A stretch of DNA of 64,000 nt, taken from the NCBI GenBank assembly GCA_963848135.1, contig CAWKCK010000017.1, positions 1,086,538 to 1,150,537 on the forward strand, read 5' to 3'. The translations under genes were made by a program, and so were the position numbers. This DNA is from an uncultured delta proteobacterium (GTDB lineage Bacteria; Desulfobacterota; Desulfobacteria; Desulfobacterales; SG8-13). Below are positions 19,778 through 30,166 of this stretch, piece after piece. Within the stretch, counting starts at the first letter, position 1. Each line of letters starts with the position of its first letter. Below the pieces are notes generated by a model. The model did no database searches. It saw only the letters and a list, made by a program, of their open reading frames with translations, and had not been told where the DNA came from.

Positions 19778-21196
19778 TTATCTGCCGCGTCCGCCGCCAC
19801 CTCGACCACCGCCGCCGCCACCTCGCGACATACCCCCTCCAGAGCCTCCGCGACTTGCACCGCTTCCACCACCTCGGCCGGCTCGCGAAGATGACATGCT
19901 TTGATGCCCCCGGTTGCTGGAATCCCTTGTCTGGCTCCCTCGATCATAACTTCCGAAAGCACTCTTGTCGGTCCGCTGTGTGCTTCCGGCACGATCGATC
20001 CCACCGCTGTCTTTCCGCGGTTGAGACCCAGCGCGATCCATCGAACCGGCATTCGGGCGATCCTGAGAGCCCTGGTTGCCGCTCCCTGCACGATCCATCG
20101 AACCAGCATTCGGGCGATCCTGAGAGCCCCGGTTGCCGCTCCCTGCACGATCCATCGAACCGGCATTCGGACGATCCTGAGAGCTCCGGTCGCCGCTCCC
20201 TGCGCGGTCTCGGAACTGGCCTGCATCTCCGCGGGCGATGTCCTGTCTTCCGGCCTCAGCACGGCCGCGAAAGGCCTCGCGAGACTGCGCATCTCTGGAT
20301 GCCCCCCTATCGAACTTCTGAGCGGTGCCCTGGTCCCTGTACGATACGCCTTTGCGGTGTTCCGGGTCGTGCTTCCATTCGCCCCGGCCGCCCTGGCCGC
20401 TCGTTACTTTGTTCTGGTACTTGCTCCGATCGATGTTGTTATTGATATTTGTGTTTCTATTGACGTTGATGTCTACATTACCGCCTCTCCAGTTGCAGCC
20501 TCCCCATGCATAGCCCCACGCCGCTCCCACGGCGACACCCACGCCAAAGGAGAACAGCGCAGCACCGGCCGCGTATCCAGGCGGATAGTAATAGTAGGGC
20601 GGGTAGGATGGATACCACCAAGCTCCATAGACCACTGTCGGATTGTAGGTCGGAACATAGACGACCTGAGGGTCTGCGGGCTCGATGATGATGGTCTGCG
20701 TCTCTTTTTCGACGACGACCTTCTGCTGTTCACTACTCTTCAGGTTGCCCTCTGCTTCGGCTTTCTCTCGAAGCTTCTGGACCGTGTCCATGACGCCTTT
20801 CTGCTGGGCAAGAAACGCATCGCCCAGCTTCTGGGTCCAGTCTAACTTGTCATTCATCATGTCCAGCACCTGGGGAAAGTTCACCAGCGACTTGACGCTG
20901 GGATCCCAGTCCTCCTTCTCCAAGGCCGCGCTGAGAGTATCTCCCTCCAGGGCCTGGTTCGCCTTGGCCCACTTCCCTGCCTGGACCACCTCGAGCGGAT
21001 AGGTGGATGCCATTAAGATCTGGGCTAACAGCGAGTCCGGGTAAAGAGCGATGGGCGCCAACAGCTGGTCCAGCTCTTCCTGTTTAAAGGCCTTGGCATC
21101 CCCGCCTCCACTCTGCGCGAAGACAGCTTGAGAGGCTCCCAGCAGGAGTGCCAGAAAGACAGCCAATGATTTTGTCAACGTTGTATTCTTCTTCAT
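19778..21196 (-). CDS. DUF3300 family exported protein with Gly/Arg-rich tail
   Basis: LDQLLAPIALYPDSLLAQILMASTYP, VYVPTYNP; signal peptide after the ATG at 21196. Confidence 0.9.
   Translation of the reverse strand: MKKNTTLTKSLAVFLALLLGASQAVFAQSGGGDAKAFKQEELDQLLAPIALYPDSLLAQILMASTYPLEVVQAGKWAKANQALEGDTLSAALEKEDWDPSVKSLVNFPQVLDMMNDKLDWTQKLGDAFLAQQKGVMDTVQKLREKAEAEGNLKSSEQQKVVVEKETQTIIIEPADPQVVYVPTYNPTVVYGAWWYPSYPPYYYYPPGYAAGAALFSFGVGVAVGAAWGYAWGGCNWRGGNVDINVNRNTNINNNIDRSKYQNKVTSGQGGRGEWKHDPEHRKGVSYRDQGTAQKFDRGASRDAQSREAFRGRAEAGRQDIARGDAGQFRDRAGSGDRSSQDRPNAGSMDRAGSGNRGSQDRPNAGSMDRAGSGNQGSQDRPNAGSMDRAGSQPRKDSGGIDRAGSTQRTDKSAFGSYDRGSQTRDSSNRGHQSMSSSRAGRGGGSGASRGGSGGGMSRGGGGGGRGGGGRGR
20034..20207. 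repeat. 3 x 57-bp tandem repeat inside DUF3300
   Basis: Units start at 20034, 20091 and 20148; encode DRAGSG(D/N)x(S/G)SQDRPNAGSM. Confidence 0.9.
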
Positions 21197-21377
21197 GCCT
21201 CTCCTCTCTTCATTGTATATAGCACCGTACACCGCCTGATACTTCAACCGTATTTCATATCCAAAGGTTGTGATCCGAGTTGAATCAAACCCCTGCAAGT
21301 TGCCGATGGATGGGACAAATGGTGAATTGGGTGTTGAATGCATCACTCCATTATTCCACCATCCGAAGACTTCAGTC

Positions 21378-21749
21378 TCATTCAGGCCTATATTTTTCTT
21401 TAAGGTCTGTGAGCATTTTGCTTGCCGAGGTCCACTCCTCTTTGTCCACAGCATCTGTAAGGGCGAGCAGTTCGGTTATCGCGACCGCCTCTGTCAATGT
21501 ATTCGTATGCCATCGGAATATATCGGCTTCAAACAATGCGAGCGCGGCAAGCGCGTTAACCCTATCTTTTGCTTCAATCGCCGACTTCACCATTTCGTAA
21601 TGTTGCAATTGGATCTCGTCTGGCGTGCCGGGGCCTGGCCCGGGTGGGGGTGAGGCACAGCCACCCAACGCCAATATCAAAATTACGGTGCTGAAAAAGA
21701 TGACGATAATGAAAAGTGCCGACTTTGCGTTAACGGCTCTTGTGCCCAT
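21378..21749 (-). CDS. Hypothetical lipoprotein
   Basis: Hydrophobic stretch plus LGGC; GGAGG RBS. Confidence 0.7.
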   Translation of the reverse strand: MGTRAVNAKSALFIIVIFFSTVILILALGGCASPPPGPGPGTPDEIQLQHYEMVKSAIEAKDRVNALAALALFEADIFRWHTNTLTEAVAITELLALTDAVDKEEWTSASKMLTDLKEKYRPE

Positions 21750-21839
21750 ATTGCCTCCTGTTTATTTGCTTTTCGGTATCGCGAACGGATCGACCCTGTT
21801 CGTCCACTATCGACCCAAATGGTTTCGAGTATGTCTTCT

Positions 21840-21975
21840 CTACAGCAGAAATTCAACAGGCGGCAGCCGGATCACCCAAACACCGCGGTTTTTCCAGAAA
21901 CCGGCGTACGGATCAGAATCGTAGACGAATTTCTCTTCGTCTTTTTTTATGTGCCAGCGAATGGATTCGGTGCCG
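21840..21975 (-). pseudogene. 3' remnant of a phospholipase D (ClsC/YmdC-like) gene
   Basis: IRWHIKKDEEKFVYDSDPYAGFWKNRGVWVIRLPPVEFLL* resembles the C-terminus of that family. Confidence 0.5.
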
Positions 21976-21980
21976 TTATT

Positions 21981-22409
21981 CTACTCCCTGAAGTAGATGC
22001 GCTGCACGGCGGCTATGACGATGGCGGTTGTCCAGCCGAACATGATAATTCCGTTGGCCGCTTCGAAAGAGGCCAAAAGCCGCCAGCGTTCATCGAGAAG
22101 GACGTCGCCGTATCCCAGTGTGGTAAAGGTGACCATGGAAAAGTAAACCGCCTGCTCCAGACCCTCGCTCGCACTCAACGCCAGATAAGTGCAGGCCCAA
22201 ATCAACACCTCCGCCAGCGAGACAAAAAACATCATGAGGACGATCAGGCTGACCAGATGGATGTTCGTTTTCCTCAGCCATCGCGATTTTTGCGCCGCCT
22301 CTTGCCTCCTGATCAGTCGCAAGGCCATCATCATCCCGATTGTGTGGATTGCAGTGGTCATCACCATTAAGAGAGCGCCGATAGCAATCTTCAGAAGCAC
22401 TATGTCCAT
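21981..22409 (-). CDS. Stand-alone potassium channel pore protein
   Basis: YFSMVTFTTLGYGD selectivity filter. Confidence 0.9.
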   Translation of the reverse strand: MDIVLLKIAIGALLMVMTTAIHTIGMMMALRLIRRQEAAQKSRWLRKTNIHLVSLIVLMMFFVSLAEVLIWACTYLALSASEGLEQAVYFSMVTFTTLGYGDVLLDERWRLLASFEAANGIIMFGWTTAIVIAAVQRIYFRE

Positions 22410-22547
22410 CCTTGCTGGGTAAAACGGACTACGGCGGCGTGTTGTGAATCTTGGCGATGCTGCCCACCAATGTCACCGAAGAGATCTTGAGCAGTTTGAC
22501 CACTACACCCTAATATTTGCATTGATCCCCCTTCCTGATATTTGGGA

Positions 22548-24056
22548 TCATTCGGGTTTAAATGTCCTATTCCAGTACTTGGTGCGTTCGAGCATCTCGT
22601 CTTTGACCGCGTCGGGGATCAGATCGAGGGGATTCTGGCTCTGCCTCACCTCCCAACCGCCGCCGAGCGACCGGTAGACGTCGACCAGGTTGGTGGTAAC
22701 CGTCCCCTGTATCGCAGCCAGCTGGTCCTGCTGAGAAACGAGCGCCTGCAGGGTGAGGATGACAGTGTTATAGCCCACCTCACCACCCTGGTACTGCAGG
22801 GTCGAAATGTCGGCCGCGCGCTGGGCGGCATCCGCCGCCGACCGCAAGGCCACGAGCTGCTGCTGGCTCTTGAAGAAGGCGACGATAGCATTCTCGACCT
22901 CGCCCTGTGCCTGCAGCACTGTCTGGCGGTAGTCCTCCAGCAGTTGCTGGAACACCGCGTCCTGCAACCGGATGTTGTTCCTCAGACGGCCGTATTGGAG
23001 GATGTTCCACTGAAAGGCGCCAAACAGATTGTAGCCTAATGTTTGGGCACTGAACAGATCACTGAAACTCAGGCCAGTGTTGGTCGAGACGCTGGTACCG
23101 ATAGTACCCCCCAGTCCGAATGCCGGATAGAGTTCACTGACCGCAACACCGATCTGGGCGCTCTGGGCCGCCATCTGCCTCTCGGCGACGCGAATGTCCG
23201 GCCGGCGGCGGATCAGGTCTTGCGGCATGCCCACGGCAATCTCGGGCGCAACGGTCGGCACCGGCTGCGGTTCACCGAGCAACCGGCTCATGTCGAACGG
23301 CGGTTGGCCGAGCAGAATCGCCAGCGAGTTCTTGAACTGCTGCAGCGACAACTCCAGCGATACCACCGAGGCCTGTGTGTTGTAAAACAGGGTTTTGGCC
23401 TGGTCGACGTCCAGGGAATCGACCTCGCCGCTTTCGTACTTCGCGTTGGTGATCCGCACGCTCTCCTGTTGAAGATCCAGGTTTCGTCTCGCCGCCGCCA
23501 GGCGCTGCTGGGTGGTGCGAATGATCAGGTAAGTCTGCGCAACCTGGGCGACCAAGGTCACCATGACGCCGTCGTAGCCGGCAACGCTGGCATCGAGCTC
23601 TGCCGACGCCGATTCGATCTGGCGCTTGAAAGCACCCCAGACGTCGGCCTCCCAGGCCAGGTTGAAGCCAAGATCGTAGAACTCATAGGCCGGTGAGCTG
23701 ACGACGCCCGCGATCCCGGCCTGGCCGCTGAGCTGCTGCTGTTGCGGGTACTGGTTGCCGATCGCAATCAAAAGCTGCTGGCGTGCCTGGAGCACCCTCA
23801 GCCCGGCTGAACGCAGGGAGAGGTTCTGTGCCAGGGCCATCTCCACAAGCTGGTCGAGGATCGGGTCGTTAAAAGCCGTCTTCCACCACTCGGGGGCCAC
23901 CGGCGCGGTAGTGTCAAGAAGCGGGTCCCCGTAAGCCAGATATTCCGGCATAACCGGCGCCGTCGGCACCTGGTAGTCGGGACCCACCGTCATGCAGCCG
24001 GAGGCAATCACAGCCGACAGCACGCAAAGGCCGAGGATCTTCACTAAGCGTTTCAT
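22548..24056 (-). CDS. Efflux outer-membrane lipoprotein (NodT/OprM family)
   Basis: ASGC lipobox, WEADVWG, RRRPDI, YRSLGGGW. Confidence 0.9.
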   Translation of the reverse strand: MKRLVKILGLCVLSAVIASGCMTVGPDYQVPTAPVMPEYLAYGDPLLDTTAPVAPEWWKTAFNDPILDQLVEMALAQNLSLRSAGLRVLQARQQLLIAIGNQYPQQQQLSGQAGIAGVVSSPAYEFYDLGFNLAWEADVWGAFKRQIESASAELDASVAGYDGVMVTLVAQVAQTYLIIRTTQQRLAAARRNLDLQQESVRITNAKYESGEVDSLDVDQAKTLFYNTQASVVSLELSLQQFKNSLAILLGQPPFDMSRLLGEPQPVPTVAPEIAVGMPQDLIRRRPDIRVAERQMAAQSAQIGVAVSELYPAFGLGGTIGTSVSTNTGLSFSDLFSAQTLGYNLFGAFQWNILQYGRLRNNIRLQDAVFQQLLEDYRQTVLQAQGEVENAIVAFFKSQQQLVALRSAADAAQRAADISTLQYQGGEVGYNTVILTLQALVSQQDQLAAIQGTVTTNLVDVYRSLGGGWEVRQSQNPLDLIPDAVKDEMLERTKYWNRTFKPE

Positions 24057-24067
24057 CTTCACCTCTT

Positions 24068-25204
24068 CTATTGGAGTGCCTTGGGTGCGGCGGGCACCGG
24101 ATTGTTGCGCCCAGTGTCCGCACTGCCGGCCATCACTAGGACCGAACAAGTCGTGCCCACCCGCAGCTGGATGCTTTCGGGCACATCGGTGAGGTGCACC
24201 CGCACCGGCACCCGTTGGGCCAGCCGGATCCACTCGAAGGTGGGGCTGATAGAGGGCAGTAGTTCGAAACCCGTGCTGCCGTCCTGCTGGGATATACCCC
24301 AGCCGATGCTGTCGACACGGGCCTCGATGGGGCTGTCAGGGTAGGTCATTAGGGTGACGATGGCCCGATCGCCACTGCGGATGTCTGCAATCGTATTTTC
24401 CTTGAAAAACCCGTCAATCCAATAGCTGTTCACGTCGACCAGGGCCAACACCGGCTGGTTGGCGACGGCCTGGCTGCCGAGCCTCAGGTTGAGGTTGGTG
24501 ACGTAACCGTCCACCGGCGCTTTCACCTGGGTGAACTCCAGATTGAGCTCAGCTTGGCGAACCGCGGCCAGTGCGGCCCGCACCTGAGAGTTGGCGTCCC
24601 CGATGGCGCCAAGCTGCGCTTGCGCCTTGGCCAGATTCGCTTGTGATTGGACCAAAGCCGACTGGGCCTGCCGGAGCCCGGCCTCGGCGGCGATCTTCTG
24701 CTGCAACGAAACCTCGTAGGAGGACTTGGACCATTCCACCGATCTCTGTGAGGTGGCCTTCTGCGGCAGTAGTTCTTTTTTACGCTCGTATTCGGCCTTG
24801 TTTTTGGTTATGGTGGCCTCAAGCTGGGCGATCGCGCTTTTGGCCTGCTCGATACTTTCCCGCGATGTGTTCACCCCTGCCCGGGCCGCCTCCACCTGCT
24901 TCTCTAAGGCCTGCACGCTGTCACCGGTTTCGTCCAGCTGCGCGCGCGCCTGGTCGAGGGCGGCCTGATAGGTGCGCGGGTCGATCTTGTAGAGCAAGTC
25001 GCCGGCCTTGACGAACTGGTTACTCCGGATCGGCAGTGCGATGACTGGGCCGGACACCCGTGAAGTGATCTGAATGACGCTGGCGCGTACCTGCCCGTCG
25101 CGAGTCCAGGGGTTGGCGACGTAGTCCCAATACTTGAAAAGCATTGCGCCGGCGGCGATGAGGACAACGACTCCGGTCAGTAGGTATGGGCGGATGGATT
25201 TCAT
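24068..25204 (-). CDS. HlyD/AaeA-type membrane fusion protein
   Basis: PWTRDGQVRA, FEWIRLAQRVPVR. Confidence 0.9.
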   Translation of the reverse strand: MKSIRPYLLTGVVVLIAAGAMLFKYWDYVANPWTRDGQVRASVIQITSRVSGPVIALPIRSNQFVKAGDLLYKIDPRTYQAALDQARAQLDETGDSVQALEKQVEAARAGVNTSRESIEQAKSAIAQLEATITKNKAEYERKKELLPQKATSQRSVEWSKSSYEVSLQQKIAAEAGLRQAQSALVQSQANLAKAQAQLGAIGDANSQVRAALAAVRQAELNLEFTQVKAPVDGYVTNLNLRLGSQAVANQPVLALVDVNSYWIDGFFKENTIADIRSGDRAIVTLMTYPDSPIEARVDSIGWGISQQDGSTGFELLPSISPTFEWIRLAQRVPVRVHLTDVPESIQLRVGTTCSVLVMAGSADTGRNNPVPAAPKALQ

Positions 25205-25222
25205 GGCTTAAGACTCCGTTTG

Positions 25223-25435
25223 TCAAAAAGGAACGATCACATACCCGACAGCGACGGTGTAGAACACTGCCAAGGCGACAAAGACCAGGGGCGGATAGAA
25301 TAAATACCGCGAGAGCCGGTAACGATTCAGCAGGTGCGCGGTCCAGTAGGCCAGCAGAACGCCGAGACAACCGGCCACGAGCAGGGGCGGCAGGTAAACG
25401 CCGCCGACGGTGAATTCGCTGGGAATGCCGTTCAT
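25223..25435 (-). CDS. DUF1656 (AaeX/YdhI-like) small membrane protein
   Basis: EFTVGGVYLPPLL...YPPLVFVAL; ATG overlaps the FUSC stop. Confidence 0.85.
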   Translation of the reverse strand: MNGIPSEFTVGGVYLPPLLVAGCLGVLLAYWTAHLLNRYRLSRYLFYPPLVFVALAVFYTVAVGYVIVPF

Positions 25436-27600
25436 GAAAATCGCTCCTCCCGCCAATGGGACCAATTGATAATTTGCGCCGCCCCGGCATAGGTCAGGGC
25501 GGCCTCCGATACCCCGCGGTATCCGCCAAGCAGTCGGAAGAAATGCGCCCCCGCTTCCCGATTCACATCGCTTCCCGCCCGGTTGATGACGTCCTCTATG
25601 AGGTTCTCGAGACGGTGCAGCCCTGCCTCCAGCCGCTGCTGGAGTCCCGCGACCGGCTCCGCTTCGGGGTGTCGGGACCATTTGCCGAAGATGGTTTCGA
25701 TGCCGGCATGCCAGGTTTTCAAGTCCTCGCGAAGCTCGTGAGAGAGGGGCTTCGCCCGGCGGACCACGCCGGCTTCCAGAAACTGCTCGATGCGATAGAC
25801 TAGGGCCTGAATACTGGCCACCAGGGCCTGGATCTGCTCGGGAGTGTTGCCGGGAAAGCGTTTGCGGTCAATGGCCTTGCCCCAGGCGCCGAGCTTGGCC
25901 GGAAGCGAACGCAATTGGCGCTGGTGGAACGCAATTCTCCATCGCTCCATACCTGAAGTGCGCATGGGCTTAGGCTTGCTCCGCGACATAAGGAACTCGG
26001 CGCTGCGAAAGAACCGATCCAGCAGATGCAAAACCACTTTCTCGGGTCGCGGCGAACCCAACAGGTAGGACATCACGAAGAGAAACGTGAAGCCCAGCAC
26101 GAGAAAGATGAAGACGTTTGCCATCGCCGCGAAGCTGTAAACTTGGTGATTTTGGATCTGAAGAATGTTTAGAATCGCCATACTGCCGAAAAACCGCGCC
26201 ATGCCTGAGAGAAAGTAGCAGACCAAAAACATGGTGCTGAACAGCAGCGAACCAAGGCCCAGGAAGCTGGATAACTGGGGCATGACGAAGACGTAAATCG
26301 CCAGGCAGATTGCCGAGGATACCGCCACCAACCCAATCAACGGGCTCGACCTCGAGGTTGGGGCGAGGGCGATGATAAGGGCGATGGTGCCCGAGAATTG
26401 GAACCAGCCGGAATGCCCCGGCGGATCGAAGACAATCCAGATCAGAAAACCGACACCGGTGGTCACCGCAACAAACGCGGCACTACGCAGATGGTCCCAG
26501 TCCGGGACGGGAAGCCACGTCGCTCGCTCCATCGGGCCAGGAGCCGGCACTGCCTTCTTCTCGCCACTGGCAGCCTGACCCTGAATCTCGCGGGCGCATT
26601 CGATCAAGTCCGCGGTTTGGGCCTCCAGACGCAGCATCTCCTGCCGGGCGACTTTAACTGCGGCTCGGTCGAAAGGGGTTAGGCGCTCAAGCGCGGCGGG
26701 GTCAACCTCCAAGCGAACCGGTCGCGAGAGATAAGCCGGTGACCGACCGGCAAGTAAGTGGGAGAGCGTGGCAAAGCGAGAATCGAGTTCGGCGAAAAAG
26801 GCTGGCAGGTCGGGGAAAACCGCCCGCACGTCAACCCGGTCAAGTTCGGCAAAACCGGACTGCCACCGACCCGCCGTCTCCAGCCAGGCAGTCGAAAGCC
26901 CCTGGAAGCGATCCCAGAGATGACTGACTTCACTGACCTCGTAGCTCTCCGAGCCTTCGGTCTGAAGCACCTCTCCGAACCGGGCCAGTTGCAGGACCGC
27001 TTTACCCTGCAGTTCCTGAAAGCTCGCCGTAGGTTCCCGCTGGCCGAGCAGGGTGTCCCGAGCGGTGCGCCATATATCGTTCAGGGTCGCGGCCAGTTCA
27101 GCGCTCGACTTCTTGATCGCTCCCAGGTTCGTCTGCGGCCAGAGGAAGACGGCGATCAGGGTATAGACCACAACCCCCATCACCGTTTCGACTGTGCGAA
27201 ACATGGCGCTCTCAAACATGTTCGCCGAGGAGTCCAAATCGGACAGGAGGATCATGAGACAGACGTAGCCAGCCATCACCCACAGGTAGGAGTCTTTCTG
27301 CCGGCTCACCATCAAGTAGCTGGTGAAGAACATCCAGCCGCAGGTGAGCAGCATGAAAGTCCAGCGCTCCTGCGGCGCCAGGGCTTGTATGGCCAGGGCG
27401 GCGAGGCATCCGGGAATCGTGCCGACCACGCGAAGGGTGCCCTTCCGAATCGAGGCCCCTGTCGTGGGCAGCGCGATCACGGCCACCGCCCAGCCGGCCC
27501 AGTATGGGTTCATCCAGTCAAACTGCATGGCGATGCCGAAGACCAGGGCAAAGGCCAGGCCGGTCTTAATTGCTTCTTTGAACTTTGTGGTCTTGCTCAT
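25432..27600 (-). CDS. FUSC/AaeB-type inner-membrane efflux protein
   Basis: PYWAGWAV, KGTLRVVGT; two TM blocks; operon with DUF1656, HlyD and OMF. Confidence 0.88.
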   Translation of the reverse strand: MSKTTKFKEAIKTGLAFALVFGIAMQFDWMNPYWAGWAVAVIALPTTGASIRKGTLRVVGTIPGCLAALAIQALAPQERWTFMLLTCGWMFFTSYLMVSRQKDSYLWVMAGYVCLMILLSDLDSSANMFESAMFRTVETVMGVVVYTLIAVFLWPQTNLGAIKKSSAELAATLNDIWRTARDTLLGQREPTASFQELQGKAVLQLARFGEVLQTEGSESYEVSEVSHLWDRFQGLSTAWLETAGRWQSGFAELDRVDVRAVFPDLPAFFAELDSRFATLSHLLAGRSPAYLSRPVRLEVDPAALERLTPFDRAAVKVARQEMLRLEAQTADLIECAREIQGQAASGEKKAVPAPGPMERATWLPVPDWDHLRSAAFVAVTTGVGFLIWIVFDPPGHSGWFQFSGTIALIIALAPTSRSSPLIGLVAVSSAICLAIYVFVMPQLSSFLGLGSLLFSTMFLVCYFLSGMARFFGSMAILNILQIQNHQVYSFAAMANVFIFLVLGFTFLFVMSYLLGSPRPEKVVLHLLDRFFRSAEFLMSRSKPKPMRTSGMERWRIAFHQRQLRSLPAKLGAWGKAIDRKRFPGNTPEQIQALVASIQALVYRIEQFLEAGVVRRAKPLSHELREDLKTWHAGIETIFGKWSRHPEAEPVAGLQQRLEAGLHRLENLIEDVINRAGSDVNREAGAHFFRLLGGYRGVSEAALTYAGAAQIINWSHWREERFS

Positions 27601-27608
27601 TTTAAATG

Positions 27609-28136
27609 CTACTCACTGAGTTCGCGATCGAGGTCGGCCAGCCTGGCCTTGGCAACTTTTCGGATCCGCTTCGCCGCCCGTGTTAGTGCCTTTTCGACGC
27701 ACTCGTCCACCGCCGATTCGCCGACGATGACGAGCCCGGTCTCCCCGTCGTCGAGCACTTGGCCGAGGGCATTCAGATCCTTGCGCGACATGCCGCCCCA
27801 GAGCTTTCCAGCCACCGTGCCCGCGGCACCTCCGGCGAGCGCGCCAACCAGAATCGACGGCGGAAACAACAGCCCAACGACGCCGCCGGCGATGGCCCCC
27901 TTCCAGCCGCCGCTTTTAGCTTGAGTTCCGTGTTTTTCAACCCGGACCTTGCCCTCCGCGTTTTTTATGAGAATTGCCGTGTCATACTTTCCGACGAGTC
28001 CAACAGATGCAATCCTTTGAAACGTCTCTAAATCACCTCGCGCGTCGTCTCTGTTGTCGTAGCGAGCGGCGTAAATGGAAAGATCATTCGGATTCACGGC
28101 TTTCCTCCTTAATAAATTTTCGATATCGTTCAACAC
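27609..28136 (-). CDS. DUF1269-like glycine-zipper membrane protein
   Basis: GAIAGGVVGLLFPPSILVGALAGGAAG. Confidence 0.75.
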   Translation of the reverse strand: MLNDIENLLRRKAVNPNDLSIYAARYDNRDDARGDLETFQRIASVGLVGKYDTAILIKNAEGKVRVEKHGTQAKSGGWKGAIAGGVVGLLFPPSILVGALAGGAAGTVAGKLWGGMSRKDLNALGQVLDDGETGLVIVGESAVDECVEKALTRAAKRIRKVAKARLADLDRELSE

Positions 28137-28151
28137 ATAGATCTATACCGA

Positions 28152-28562
28152 TCATTTCAATCCGACTTGCTTTATCGCTTCTTTGCAGCGTGAACTGACC
28201 TTCGCGTCGTTTTTCTCGATGCATTTCAGGAGCCGCCCCTCCCCGGCGCGTACATTCTGGCAGAACTGATCCAAATCGTCGGCACACTCGTTGACCACGT
28301 AAGACAAAGCGGCCACGGCCCGCTCCAGTTGTGCGGCGGCATCATAGAGGGCGTATTCGCACTTGCCTGACAATTTGTCGCTGCGAGCGTAAAGGCAGGC
28401 CAGCACGCGGCCTTCACCTGGGGTGACATCTTTGCAGTAGGTGTCGATTTCGGTCTTGCAGCCGTTGGCCACAATCTCCACCAAACTCTCCTCAGCCCAA
28501 GCTGATATCGCGAACAGAAGCGTTAAACAGATGGCAATGCTGAAAATGGATGTTGTCTTCAT
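28152..28562 (-). CDS. Exported cysteine-rich repeat protein
   Basis: Signal peptide plus two C-x6-C..GEGR..CL..SxxC repeats. Confidence 0.8.
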   Translation of the reverse strand: MKTTSIFSIAICLTLLFAISAWAEESLVEIVANGCKTEIDTYCKDVTPGEGRVLACLYARSDKLSGKCEYALYDAAAQLERAVAALSYVVNECADDLDQFCQNVRAGEGRLLKCIEKNDAKVSSRCKEAIKQVGLK

Positions 28563-28793
28563 GATCTTTCCCTCGTTTTGATTTGTTTGTTCCAACCTTG
28601 ACTTAACCGCAACGTTGCAAAATCGATCCCATCCTTTGAGTTCACCGGTGGGAGATATTCTAAAATTATTGGTTTTGCAATGATATTGGTCATAATTACG
28701 AACCATCGGCTATCCTTGCCATGTTGTTTATACGATTAAGGGGTTGAATCCCAGGCCGTCCTTTACGGCTCAAATGACAGTGAACATTGTTAG

Positions 28794-30005
28794 CTATCGG
28801 TCGAGAGTAACCCGCCTCGTGATCTTGTGGACCTCATACCGCTGGTCAGGGCTGCCGAGATAGTAACTGAGATCAACGGTGATGTCCACTGATCTGGCGC
28901 CCTTGGGAAGAATAAATTCTATGGATTCGGTTTTTGCCTGATAAGGCTGGATGCTGGTATCGCGGATATTCGCAACCTTTTGCTGTGCCCCGTAAAGCAT
29001 CTTCGAATTCTTTTCGTTTGTTGCCTGAGGATGATAATGTCGCGTCTGGGTGCCGATTTCTTTTCCGTCCGGTGTCTTTGCGGTCACTTCCAGGACCACT
29101 CGATTGTGGGACGGTCACCCGTCGGGAATCCGGTGTCCGGCAGTTGAGGCGACCTTCGTGTTCACAATGACCTTCGGCACGTAGGCCTTGGCCTTCTCGA
29201 GCCACTCGTAGCCCAGGGTCTGGACGTCGAGTGACAGTGCTTCCTGCAGGAGCTTCGTTGTGTGCGGGATATCATCCCAGTTGGGCGCCATCAGATGATC
29301 CGCCAGACCGTCGATCGGTTTCATGTGGCATTCCTGACACGTCTGGGAGCCGCCGGCAGGAATGTAGGCATGCAGGTAGCTGCCGTAGAGATTGGCACAC
29401 TGCACCGGGTTGTCGAACTCGAGATTCGGCCCCAGGCCGTGGCACTGTCCGCACATGAGGGATCGTTTCATGACAGCGCTTTTCTTCACCGTCTCGAAGA
29501 CTTCATCTTCATGGGACTCCATGTCGGTATTGCCGTAAAGTGTTCCCGGATCCGGCTGGCCCTCCTCGAGTTTGTGGATGATCGCTTTTTCATTGTGGCA
29601 GACGATGCAGGTAATCTGAAGCTTGGCGATTTTCTCCCTATTCTGCGCGATGATGGCTTCCGTGATCTCAACGGCCACGGAATCTTCAGCATAATCGACG
29701 GCCTGCGGCAGGTGGCACTTGAAGCACGGATAGGTCTTGAGTGTTGCCTGCTTCGGTTCGGCCGGCGAAAAAGGCGTTGCTCCGGGTGTGGCAAGCAGCG
29801 TCATATTCAGGGTGCCCCTGATTCCCATCAAGGGGCGGGCGTGCTGTGACTTCTCCCACTGCGCATAGATGACATCATGGCATTCCGCGCAGCGCGATGA
29901 GTCGAGCATCGCGGAAAGTTCGTCTATCGTCTTTGCTTTCTGCGCAAACGCCGGCAGCGGAAGAGCGATGCAAAGAATAATGCTGAGCAACTTCAAAAAG
30001 TTCAT
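28794..30005 (-). CDS. Pentaheme c-type cytochrome selenoprotein (ExtKL/MHSEP-like), Sec at TGA 29115-29117
   Basis: Signal peptide; CAECH, CFKCH, CIVCH, CGQCH, CQECH; the two tracked ORFs are in frame: GHRIPDG-TGA-PSHNRVVLEV. Confidence 0.88.
29080..29099 (-). promoter_or_regulatory. Putative bacterial SECIS hairpin
   Basis: GUGGUC-CUGGAAGU-GACCGC, starting 15 nt after the UGA, with a G-containing apical loop. Confidence 0.6.
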
Positions 30006-30166
30006 AAACCCTCCCATAATGGGCAGAGCGGGACGCTTGCTTCCTTTCCCCCTCCGGTTATTCTGAATAGAAATCCCGCCTATATTTCACCTTGCTAAAA
30101 GGCTGTGCTCCGATCACCTCCTTTCATGTTTGATATCGTCACGGCAGCATCAGGTAAAAAGATGGT

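Noticed and set aside
20034..20207. Possible CRISPR array
   Set aside because: Contiguous in-frame coding repeats with no unique spacers; no cas genes in the window.
28794..29099. Independent 101-aa gene
   Set aside because: In frame with the upstream cytochrome across a TGA with a SECIS-like hairpin, and has no RBS.
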